A stretch of 63,196 nucleotides of DNA, the filler included, from Stramenopiles sp. TOSAG23-3 (lineage: Eukaryota), in the NCBI GenBank assembly GCA_900128585.1. It is 7 parts of 7 records of this genome, joined end to end, with 100 filler letters (N's around TTAATTAATTAA, not from the genome) between each part and the next. Parts side by side here need not be neighbours in the genome. Positions count along the whole stretch, not along the records: positions 1 to 11,886 come from LT642721.1; 6 more parts are not named here. One strand, written 5' to 3'. The notes under the pieces were generated by a model. That model was not told the origin of the DNA and did no database searches. It worked only from the letters and a program-made list of their open reading frames with translations. Every line of letters starts with the position of its first letter. Position 1 is the stretch's first letter. Of the stretch, positions 1-9,343 are shown in pieces. A program made the position numbers and the translations under genes.

Positions 1-2
1 GG

Positions 3-365
3 GGGAAAATTCAAGAGGGGACAGGATACGCAATTTTTCAGGTGAAGTTCCAAGCCCTTATGTTCCGTCCGTTTGTGAATGAGGTTATAGATGCGAAGGT
101 TGCTAGATGTAACCACCTTGGTATTGTTGCGCACGCTGGCCCCTTTGAAATATTTGTGAGTCGGCTTCAAATGTTCGACGATGGGGAGCCGGATTTCGAC
201 GCCGCACGCGAATCATGGATGTCCCCCGAAAAACTCAGCGAAATCAAAGAAGGTAGTAAGGTCCGAGTCCAACTGATCACCGTGGACCGGGAAGAAGGGC
301 GCTGGTCGACTGTAGGCAAAATGGCAGGTGACTTCCTAGGAAGTATAGAAGATGAGGAAGACTGA
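3..365 (+). CDS. RPB7: RNA polymerase II subunit RPB7 (5' truncated by the window edge)
   Basis: The frame is open from base 3: GKIQEGTGYAIFQVKFQALMFRPFVNEVIDAKV...AGPFEIFVS...GDFLG. This matches the RPB7 pattern (FRPF.GEV.D, GP..IFVS, C-terminal D.LG). Confidence 0.88.
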   Translation, partial: GKIQEGTGYAIFQVKFQALMFRPFVNEVIDAKVARCNHLGIVAHAGPFEIFVSRLQMFDDGEPDFDAARESWMSPEKLSEIKEGSKVRVQLITVDREEGRWSTVGKMAGDFLGSIEDEED

Positions 366-819
366 GCTCGCGTCGTGGTAGGAACTTGTTATATGGGTGG
401 GCAACGATGAATTTGATTGGGTACCACCACTGCTTTCCTTACTGTTTCACCGCGATCTTTGGAACTAACTATACAGTTAACGAAACCAAAACTCAAAAAA
501 AAGATTATTGCTTCTGTGTTTGTATTTTTAGTAGTGTAGTACTGTATCATCTACTGCTATAGCTAAACTAATTCACTTTTTTTCTCTTTCTCGCTCTCCT
601 CCTGCTGAGATTTAATTGTATACTTAGATAAAACTATTTCCTATATCTTTAATACAAATATGAATTACTTGTTCAATTTCCCNNNNNNNNNNNNNNNNNN
701 NNNNNNNNNNNNNNNNNNNNNNNNNNNNNNNNNNNNNNNNAGAATAATACCAATAAAAAATAAAATCACACACACACACAAGAGAAAATCATCATCACTC
801 ACATAAAATATCTCTATTG

Positions 820-854
<35 letters not shown>

Positions 855-856
855 AA
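820..856. repeat. (GAAA)n microsatellite
   Basis: Directly visible tetranucleotide run. Confidence 0.9.
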
Positions 857-990
857 ATGAAAGGAATCTATCGACCTAATAACCTATATGAATCTACCTG
901 CGTTCATTTTTTATCAAAGGAGCTGTGGGATGCCAAGAATGTAAACAACAGAGAACAGTTGTTTGGCCAACTTGACACCGCTTAATATTA

Positions 991-3759
991 ATGGCGACGG
1001 ACGAGGCTGTAGCGTCTTTGTACTACGGGGCCGTCCACCCCTGCTTTTTTCGGGACGACGAAACGTCTGCGTGCCAATACTTGGAAGAGTGCGACAGTAT
1101 TGAAGGTGCGTTGGCGAAGTTAAAGGTACAAAAGGATCATGTGGAGAACAAAATTAGGAAATTCACAGAGACGCAAAGGGGACAACTTGTCGCCGGCTGC
1201 ATGGACGTCGTAAACGCGAGAGCAGGGTACGTCCGCGTAAAGGACAAAATTCAAGCGCACAGGGAAAACTTGCTGAATTCAAAAATTGTTATGGCGACCA
1301 TGTCGAGAAATATCCGCGCGTTACTGTTTGACCAAGACCTGTGTGAGACGTCGCTGGGGTACCTAATGAAAATAAAGGCTTGCCAGAACTGTGAAAACAT
1401 GGTCTCCAAGTATTTGCAGAAACAGGAGTTTGGGAAAGCGACCGAATTAATTCTAGAAAACTTACGGTTCACAGGAAGCAAAGAAATGGACTTGGTGGTC
1501 TCTGTTAAGCTGCTGAAAACAAGCGTAGAAAAGCAGCGCTCTATGTTGATCGGCAAGCTAGATGAAAGATTGGGGGAGCTACTGTACGAACAAGTAGATG
1601 TTCGCGCGGATGAATCCGAACTGCGGGAAAAAATCAGGACACTCTCTTCCCTTGTTCATAAGCTTCTCTTCGTCCACGGTTCAGAAAACTGCGAAGGGCC
1701 TAAGCCAAAGACAAGCATTACAAAAGAGCTGTATAAACTGAAGGTGTCCCAAAACGCTCAACGCTTTTTCCATGATCGCTGCTGTACTTTGTTGCGAAAG
1801 TACGCCTTTCGGAACCAGCAAGATTACTTGAATAATGGACAATGGCTGATTTACCACCTCATGAAAGACCTCTTGGGAGATTGTCGTGTGTACATGGAAC
1901 GGTTTTGGTATTTTTTCATTGGTGGCGGCCTTGAGCGCGGGGTCGACGTGGGTGGGGTCCCGCCGCCGTCGTGGAAGGAGAAGAACAAAGACAACCAGCT
2001 GCTGTTCTTTGTGTGGAGCACGGTGCAGATGGATTTGATTGATATTTTACAGCGCCACTACGAAGACAATGGGGCAAACTACTCGAAGAGCTCGAACGCT
2101 GAGACCCCGCCCTCGGTGCCTGGCGAGGCAAGAAACCCGCTGCGCGCTGAATCCCTGTTTTCGTTTTCAAATTGCAAAGGCTGGCCGACCCTGGCTTCCC
2201 CACCATTTAATCGAGGAAACGACCCTCCGGAAAAGACGAATCGCCTCGCTTCACCAGAAAAAGTACACGACGAGTTCTCTACACTCTTGATATGCGAACC
2301 ATCGCTGTACCACGCCGTCGCAGTAAACCCCATGGTGAAGCAGTTGTCGTCCGATATTGACGCTTGGGTGGAGACATGGAGCATGCACGGTGGTGGCAAC
2401 ACTTCAACCTATAGTAGCTGGAATGAATTAGAGTCAATTTCGGCGTTTGTACTCCGGACGAATGACTTGCTGTCCCACTGCGTTAAGAGCAGTATCATCA
2501 GCGAGATGAGTGCGATCTGCGATGCACCAGCTGCATTTGACACAAACTGTACAAAGGACGCTTGCGTGCCCGGGGGGAAAGTAAAGATCTTTGCAAGCTC
2601 GTTTGAATTAGTAGCGATGATCGAGTCGTGGTACGGCCGGATGATCACCGCAAAGGATACGCATGTCAACGAGCCGGGGTTTTTCTTCAACAGGACTCTT
2701 TTTGGCTCTCTTCAAGAGTCTATCCAAAGTGCCGTCGACCGCTATTCGAGGCTCTGCAAACGGCTGGTTGAAGACCACGCAGACTGCTGGTCCGTGAAGC
2801 GGCTAGCTAACCACAGCGTTGCGATGCCCCAGTCGGGTTGTACGTGTACGTACAAACGGTTTTTGGAAAGTTTTTTTTCCAGGGATCACGTAGACGATGG
2901 TATCAAAGCTGAATTGACGCAGCAGGCCCATGGGCTGGAGCATTCAGGGGATGCCGACCCGATGGATGCCCGGTCTTTTTCTTTACTAGAATACGATTTG
3001 ATGGAAAAATCACTTCGTCGTCCAGGGCGCCACGCGCAAGACTGCGGCAAGGCCGACGATGGTCTCGCGTCTGATTTTTTCCCAGAAGGGTGCACGCTGC
3101 TTCCTATGACCCAAGGGTTAGACTGCATGGCCTGCATTTACACTAGTTTAGTGTATTTGAAATCTAAGATTGAAACCTTGGGGGATCGGTTTACAGGCAT
3201 CACGAACCACGCCTTTTCGACCGATGCACTTCAATCTTTTTCGAGCAAATGCATTTTTGCCGTCCACGCTTCACTCCGCTTACGGTGCCATTGGAGATTG
3301 AATGCGGTACCCCATCAGCTTCGAGAGTTGGTAGATCCTGTTTACCCCTGTCTGCAGCTGCTGTGCAACGATTTGGCCTTCTTTTTTGAAAACATCTTTC
3401 CAATGCTAGACTCTACCGGTTCGGAGTTTTGCGCGGCAGGCCTTGGGTCATTAATAGGCACTATACTGATAAAACACGCGAGGGCCATTCTTCAAAGCAA
3501 TGCCCTGGCAATTGCGGACGACAACAGTGCTGCGCGAGAGGATGGCACCAGGATTTTGCTCGGGAGTTTTGTAAGCCTTCAACAGGCAATGTTGGGGTAT
3601 TTTCCGGGCGCATTTACGAGTGCCGAGAAGGTATTGGAAATATGCCGCATGGGAGGGGGTGGTGACGATCGCGTGGCACTGGCAAACGCGGGAAGCTGTC
3701 GTTTCAGCTCTTTTGAAATAGAATTTTTGAAGGAAGTTAATCAGGTCAATAGTATTTAA
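991..3759 (+). CDS. SEC8: Exocyst complex component Sec8/EXOC4-like protein
   Basis: 922 aa helical ORF. The N-terminal coiled coil (KDKIQAHRENLLNSK...MVSKYLQKQEFGKATELILENL) and the C-terminal KCIFAVHASLRLRCHWRL resemble Sec8 (KENLLSCK..., CLLVLHLEVRVHCFHYL). Confidence 0.7.
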   Translation: MATDEAVASLYYGAVHPCFFRDDETSACQYLEECDSIEGALAKLKVQKDHVENKIRKFTETQRGQLVAGCMDVVNARAGYVRVKDKIQAHRENLLNSKIVMATMSRNIRALLFDQDLCETSLGYLMKIKACQNCENMVSKYLQKQEFGKATELILENLRFTGSKEMDLVVSVKLLKTSVEKQRSMLIGKLDERLGELLYEQVDVRADESELREKIRTLSSLVHKLLFVHGSENCEGPKPKTSITKELYKLKVSQNAQRFFHDRCCTLLRKYAFRNQQDYLNNGQWLIYHLMKDLLGDCRVYMERFWYFFIGGGLERGVDVGGVPPPSWKEKNKDNQLLFFVWSTVQMDLIDILQRHYEDNGANYSKSSNAETPPSVPGEARNPLRAESLFSFSNCKGWPTLASPPFNRGNDPPEKTNRLASPEKVHDEFSTLLICEPSLYHAVAVNPMVKQLSSDIDAWVETWSMHGGGNTSTYSSWNELESISAFVLRTNDLLSHCVKSSIISEMSAICDAPAAFDTNCTKDACVPGGKVKIFASSFELVAMIESWYGRMITAKDTHVNEPGFFFNRTLFGSLQESIQSAVDRYSRLCKRLVEDHADCWSVKRLANHSVAMPQSGCTCTYKRFLESFFSRDHVDDGIKAELTQQAHGLEHSGDADPMDARSFSLLEYDLMEKSLRRPGRHAQDCGKADDGLASDFFPEGCTLLPMTQGLDCMACIYTSLVYLKSKIETLGDRFTGITNHAFSTDALQSFSSKCIFAVHASLRLRCHWRLNAVPHQLRELVDPVYPCLQLLCNDLAFFFENIFPMLDSTGSEFCAAGLGSLIGTILIKHARAILQSNALAIADDNSAAREDGTRILLGSFVSLQQAMLGYFPGAFTSAEKVLEICRMGGGGDDRVALANAGSCRFSSFEIEFLKEVNQVNSI

Positions 3760-4014
3760 AAACAAAAATTTAATTGTTTCTGTAAGAGGTAAGGGCGTAC
3801 GTAAGAAGTAATTCGCTTTAGTTCTTTGTAATTAAGAAAAAAATGCATCATTTTTTCTCTGTAATTCTAAAGTATGTTAAGTAAAATTTATTACTTAAAA
3901 TGAGAGTTCTTAAAACATACTACATAATTTATTTATTTTTTATTACTTCAGAAATAAAAAATGAAATTTGTACCTCTAGTATTTGCAAAATTTATATCCG
4001 TTTCTATTTTCTTT

Positions 4015-4431
4015 CTAAATATCTTCTTCAACTTCTTCCCAATTCGCGTCGATTCCTCCAATCCAATCTAACAAATCGTCTACTTCCTTTTCCATTTCGC
4101 CTGTCTGGTTTTCTGCAACCTTAATACAAGGTTTTGCGCTAGCCTTGGCGGTATTCGCATCGAAGCTCTCTTTTGACCCCTTTTTTAAAGCGCGTTCCCG
4201 CTGGGCCATCCATTGCTCGCGTTGCCATTCCATATGAGCTCTTTGGTTTTGCTTGCATAAGACTTGATTTGGCATGGTAGGCGGAAATGCAGATCGGCTT
4301 CCCATGCCCAAAATTGTTGGCCCCTTTGACGCTTTTCGTTTGACTTTTACGCTGCTTCTTTTGCTAGACAGCTCATTTGGGTTTCCAAAATTTTCTTCAT
4401 TTCTTTCTTTGGCTTCTTGGTAAAGGGACAT
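4015..4431 (-). CDS. Small hypothetical protein (about 138 aa)
   Basis: ATG-initiated ORF (MSLYQEAK...EVDDLLDWIGGIDANWEEVEEDI) with coding-like composition, lying between AT-rich flanks. No family recognised with confidence. Confidence 0.55.
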   Translation of the reverse strand: MSLYQEAKERNEENFGNPNELSSKRSSVKVKRKASKGPTILGMGSRSAFPPTMPNQVLCKQNQRAHMEWQREQWMAQRERALKKGSKESFDANTAKASAKPCIKVAENQTGEMEKEVDDLLDWIGGIDANWEEVEEDI

Positions 4432-4931
4432 ATTTATACAGTTCTTGTTTCCATCCACGGAAAGTCCTAGTTTATTTACAATAATTTATTGTTTTAAATC
4501 AGAATCTACATAGATTTTATCGACTAGAAAATCGTTTGTAACTTTGTAAATATTTATGTATCTATTTAGTTTCATTCTTGAAAAAAGGCAGGAGGGTTGC
4601 TTTATTATTTTTTGAAACTCCTTCTTCTTCTTTCTTTTTTTTTTGTTGGTTGAAGAAAAAAAAAAAAAATATATATATATAATGGATGATGATGATGATT
4701 TTATTTTGTTTTTAGAATTATTAATTATTATTTTTTTAATATAAAATATACTGCTGTGTACGAGGCACGAGGCACGAGGCGTAATATAAATATGAAAAAA
4801 ATATAACTGATGAATGACGACCGACCTATATAAATAAATACCTACCCGTCCCCGTCCCGACGACTGACGTTGTGTTTTCTAGTATTTATATTTTATAGTT
4901 ACTGGTACGTACCAGTACGTACGTACACAGC

Positions 4932-5096
4932 CCAAGTGGTGATTCATGTCGCATTTTAAAATTATTTTGGAAACCAACCCAATGATATGCCTATGTAATA
5001 TATATCCCTATCAAAACACATTAGAAAATGGAAAACGAATAAAAGGGTTGGTTTCCAAAATAATTTTATTAAAAAAATGCGACATGAATCACTTGG
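4932..5096. repeat. Long inverted repeat (about 49/52 bp arms, 64 bp spacer), MITE-like
   Basis: Left arm 4932-4980 is ccaagtggtgattcatgtcgcattttaaaattattttggaaaccaaccc. The reverse complement of the right arm 5045-5096 is ccaagtgattcatgtcgcatttttttaataaaattattttggaaaccaaccc. Confidence 0.85.
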
Positions 5097-5116
5097 ATTA
5101 TTATTAATTTATTTAA

Positions 5117-5186
5117 CCAGATCATTTCTGAGGAGTCATCATGATGATGATGATTTTTTTTACTCCGAACAGAGTTTCATTTCTGG
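5117..5186 (-). promoter_or_regulatory. Eukaryotic SECIS element (type II-like) in the 3' UTR of the D27-like gene
   Basis: The minus strand reads CCAGA-A-AUGAA-ACUCUGUUCGGAGU-AAAAAAAA-UCAUCAUCAUCAUGAUG-ACUCCUCAGAAA-UGAU-CUGG. It has helix I (CCAGA/UCUGG), an AUGA...UGAU GA/GA core, helix II (UCUG/CAGA plus GGAGU/ACUCC), apical A residues and an apical mini-stem. Confidence 0.8.
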
Positions 5187-5222
5187 CAGGCGGGCGGCGT
5201 TGTGACAAAAATCGTTTTGTCT

Positions 5223-6152
5223 TTATGCCGATTCCTCGTAGGCCAATTCAACGTGTTTTTGCCCTTTCTCTGGCTTGGTTCTGTTGCGTAATGACAAAGG
5301 TGGAAGCGCAGAATTTGCCTCCATGGAGAAACGACAACGCCCTGTTTTGAGATTTGGGGTTACTTTCCATTTGGCACCGAGAATTCCTGGACCGAAGAGC
5401 TCCTCCATTCCCACTTGTCACTCGTTGATACAAGCACGGTTTCCCTTCGCATCATCGTCGTAAACTTTACGGGCTCGCGAGAGAAACGTGCAACTCGGTA
5501 TTTCCAAGCAAACGCTGGACCCTTTGTCTTCGCCAATGCTGTCGTCTCTGCTAGGTGTGGCATCTCTACAGAATACCGGTACAAAGGGTACGTACGTAAA
5601 CCCAATCAGCCACCAACCTAAAAGAGGGAAAATTGTCGTGGCGATTACCAAACGAAAGACGAAAGAGTTCAGTAGGTTGTTTGTACAACATTTATTGACC
5701 TCTTTTCTCATTAACGGAAACGGAAATTCAGTGATGCGCTTGCGCATTGAAACCCGGGCCTCTTCTTCGGTTATTTCCATAATGTTTTCGAACAGGATTC
5801 CCCCGTAACCAATTGGAAAAGCTTTCAACAGCTTCTCAAACGTTGCTTCTTTGAACGACGGTTTAACAGTGAACAGGCTGACCACCCTGGTCACCATCAT
5901 GTTCATTAACCGTATCCATAACCAACGAAAGGGCGTCAACACAACATAACTAACAGACCACAATACATTTGACGGTGCTACGATGCACACATTCGCGAGC
6001 AACGCCTGCAGCCTATACAATTTGAGACATCCCAAAACGGAAAGAGTCAGCAGAATGAGGCAGTACCCCAACAACACGAGACCGAGGATGACAAGGCCGG
6101 GGTGCCCACTCTCAAGGACATCTTGGACCGTAAGGATTCCAAATCCCACCAT
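5223..6152 (-). CDS. D27 (DWARF27) beta-carotene isomerase-like protein with in-frame TGA (candidate Sec245); 309 aa
   Basis: ORFs 5418..6152 and 5223..5414 are in the same frame, separated only by TGA(5420-5418)-CAA. The joined sequence WWLIGF...EIPSCTFL...RACINE*QVGMEELF...PNLKTGRCRFSM follows the D27 pattern W L.GP...V.KCRYL...GICINTCKLPTQ.FF...PNFED.SC.F. The true stop is TAA at 5225-5223, with a SECIS downstream. Confidence 0.8.
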
Positions 6153-6738
6153 ACTTCCAGTTCCAAAAGTGCGACGGTCTAACCGTTTCCAGATTATCTT
6201 TTCTTCTCTATATCCTTTAATGAAGCATCCATTTATTCTTTCTGAAACAGTACTAATACAGTTCGTGTGTATTTAAAATGAATGTATTTGAACAACTCTA
6301 TACTAATACTTATTTTTGTTTTTTCCACTTCTTATTTATTATATTATTATTATGTATTAATACTGCTGTGGTGGTACTTCTTCTTCTTTTTTTTTTCTCC
6401 CTCTTCTTCTTTTCTGCTTCCACTTCTTTTTTCCACTGTGTTTTTGTGTACAGTTCGAACAGTGCGGTACCTGGTACTACCTGTACAAGGTACGGTACAT
6501 GTACCGAAGTCAAATATTCGTAGTAGTAGTAGTTGTATTAAAAATAAATATGTACGAATAATAATTATTATTATTATTATCCAAAAATAATATAATTAAT
6601 ACTTCGTCTATTTCCTAACCCTTACCAAACAAACAAACAATCAATCGAAAAAATGAAACCAAGTTGAACGAAGCGGAAAAATTAAAATAATACATCAGAT
6701 TAGACAGCACAATCTGATAAAACCTACAATCAACAGAA

Positions 6739-8598
6739 ATGAACCTATTAAACTCAGCCCTTGGATCGCTCAGCACTCCGTTGGTCGGGGGCCTCAGTTA
6801 CGCCTTTGGTCGGAGCGGGGCAGACGTTTCGCAACGTAGTAACTGCGCAGGTTTGCACCAAAAAATGTTAGCAACACTGCCGACGACTATGGAACCCAAA
6901 GAAAGCCTAAGCGACGAGGCTATCAATATGATGGTCGAGGGGGCAGTTCGCGGTTCCCAGACTTTGAAGAACATGTCGGCCGCCGAACGTGCTCAGTTGG
7001 CGAGAAAGTGCGCGAAAAGTTGCGCGCAAGCAACCGTTAGTATTGTAGACGATACCATCAAATACAAGGGTAGTTACGAGACTGGGCGGGGGGAAGAAAC
7101 GATCGCGTGGAGTGCTACCGTTGGGACTGTTCGTGAACTCGCAGAGACGCTCGAAGTCATCGCGGCATCAGGCCCATCTGGCCTTTTGCAACAGCCAACG
7201 AGCACTTCGACAAAAGGCGGGAGGACAAAGGCCACCGTCTTTCCCCGAGGCTTTTACCAGCACATGCTTTTTTCGGGGTACAAAGGGGAACTATGGTTCA
7301 AAGAGACGCCGGAGGTCAGCAATCCCATCGACAACCCAGCAGAAACTTGGCTTCTTCTTGGTGCTGGTAACCAGGCGACCGTGATAGGTTGCGATGTTGC
7401 TCACCTGGTCTTTGCCGTCGGTTGTGCACTTGTTTGCAAAATCAACCCAGTAAACGATTATTTGAAGACGCACATGGAGAAAGCCTTTGCACCTCTAGTA
7501 GAGCTTGGGATAGTTCAGTTTTGCTATGGCGGCATTTCGGAATCGCAAAAGCTTATTCACGATTCTCGTATAGACGGCATTCACATGACCGGATCAGACA
7601 AAACATATGATATAATACAGTTTGGACCGAAACTTGGCGAGAACCCTGTTCCGTCCCTTAAAAAGATGATTGCAACAAACAAGAAATTGAACAAACTCAA
7701 CCTGAGCAAGCCGTTCATGGCCGAGTTAGGGTGCTCGACCCCGTACATAATCTGCCCCGGTAAATGGAATGCTGCTGACATAGACTTTCACGCCCGCGCA
7801 GTGGTATCCATGTGTGTGCACAACGGGCACTATAATTGCCTCGCAGCACAAAATATAATCGTTTCTGCCCATTGGCCGCAGAGGAAAGATTTTGTCGACG
7901 CCGTCAGGAAGCATTTACAAGCAACCCAGTCACGTTCCGCGTATTATCCCGGCGCTGCATCGAGATTAGAGCAGTTTCGAGCAGCCTACGCAGAACAAAA
8001 AATCTCAAACTTTAATGGAGGCAAAGCAAGCGATGGTGTGTTGCCTTGGACAATTATTGAAGGGGTGTCATCAGACAGCCCTGCGTGCAACCATACATGC
8101 AGGAACGAGGCGTGGACCGCTTTAATGACGGAAATCGTCGTCCCTTCCAAATCTGATGCTGATTTTTTAGAGCAAGCTGTAACGTTTTGCAATGAAAAAG
8201 TCTGGGGAACCTTGAGCTGTGCTATATTCATGCCCCCAGATCTGATCGCGCGCGAGCCAATTGCTTGCGAAGCGGCGGTTGCAAACTTGAAGTATGGTTC
8301 CGTGTGCGTCAATGCCCCGACGGGTTTAGGGTACTTTGTGACTGCGTGCTCCTGGGGGGGTTACATCGGCCACTGCCCAACGGACATTCAAAGTGGGATC
8401 GGGCAGATTCATAACACGCTACTATTTTCGAACGTAGAAAAGTCGGTCATTCGAGCCCCGTGGAATTCTGCCGTCACTCCAATGTGGTTTCATGACAATG
8501 CCAACCACGAAGCGCTGGCAAACGCGGTAGTCGATTTTCAAGCGTCTCCTAACATGATAGATTTTACCAGAGTGGCACTTGCTGCGGTGAGGGGCTGA
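6739..8598 (+). CDS. Aldehyde dehydrogenase superfamily protein (divergent, bacterial-type subfamily)
   Basis: Motifs GAGN, VCKINPVN, HMTGSDKT (NAD binding), ELGCSTPYII (catalytic Glu), NGHYNCLAAQ (catalytic Cys), GTLSCAIF and LKYGSVCVN. Confidence 0.85.
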   Translation: MNLLNSALGSLSTPLVGGLSYAFGRSGADVSQRSNCAGLHQKMLATLPTTMEPKESLSDEAINMMVEGAVRGSQTLKNMSAAERAQLARKCAKSCAQATVSIVDDTIKYKGSYETGRGEETIAWSATVGTVRELAETLEVIAASGPSGLLQQPTSTSTKGGRTKATVFPRGFYQHMLFSGYKGELWFKETPEVSNPIDNPAETWLLLGAGNQATVIGCDVAHLVFAVGCALVCKINPVNDYLKTHMEKAFAPLVELGIVQFCYGGISESQKLIHDSRIDGIHMTGSDKTYDIIQFGPKLGENPVPSLKKMIATNKKLNKLNLSKPFMAELGCSTPYIICPGKWNAADIDFHARAVVSMCVHNGHYNCLAAQNIIVSAHWPQRKDFVDAVRKHLQATQSRSAYYPGAASRLEQFRAAYAEQKISNFNGGKASDGVLPWTIIEGVSSDSPACNHTCRNEAWTALMTEIVVPSKSDADFLEQAVTFCNEKVWGTLSCAIFMPPDLIAREPIACEAAVANLKYGSVCVNAPTGLGYFVTACSWGGYIGHCPTDIQSGIGQIHNTLLFSNVEKSVIRAPWNSAVTPMWFHDNANHEALANAVVDFQASPNMIDFTRVALAAVRG

Positions 8599-8949
8599 GT
8601 GTTTTTGTAAATTCACGCCTAGTGTGTGTGTGAACGTTGTTGAACGGAGAAAAGTAAACACGGCCTTGCATTCTTTAAAACACGCACATTTCCTCTCGCG
8701 TAAATACAAAGTAATTTAATTTGCACATATTAATATTGTACGACGAAATTCTTCTCTTGTCTGAATTAGGTCTGTTTTTTAGGAGTTATAAGTAGATATT
8801 TTTTTGTGTTTAAGTATTGCAGACCGAAACTGACGCAAACGACCCTCCCCCGACATCCCAATTCACAAACGACAATCCCTTGACTGATTTACAAGACAGA
8901 CAACGAGCACCTCTAAAACATTTACGCCGCTGCTTGGAAAATCACACAA

Positions 8950-9064
8950 CACATACCGATCCGGACCATGCATGGAGTACATGATGTGAGAATGATAGTC
9001 AACACTAAGTGACAAGGGTATATTGATTAGTAAAACCACAAAAGCAGAGATAAGTTCGCAGTAC
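8950..9064 (-). repeat. Dispersed repeat, copy 1 (homologous to 47311-47426)
   Basis: The reverse complement gtactgcgaac...ttttactaatcaatatac..ccttgtcacttagt..gactatcatt..atgtactccat.catg.tccg.atcggta aligns end to end with 47311-47426. Confidence 0.85.
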
Positions 9065-9343
9065 ATGAAGGAACGTAAACCTCTAATGGTCAAAAGGAGC
9101 AGATTCATTTTCGCGGTACATGAGAAAGCTGAATTTGCGTCGATGCCAAAAGACCCGTAGTCAACTTCCTCATACGATGTCTCGCTCGTAAATGAAACAG
9201 TCCATGTGTGATTTTAAGATTAATTCTTATAGTGCTTTTTTGGGGTCGTATATTTTATTACTTCTCTCTCTCTCTTTTATTTCAAATTTGGAAAAATGTA
9301 CACGAGCCCACGCTGTAGAAACCCTCATCTCAATCTTCAATCT

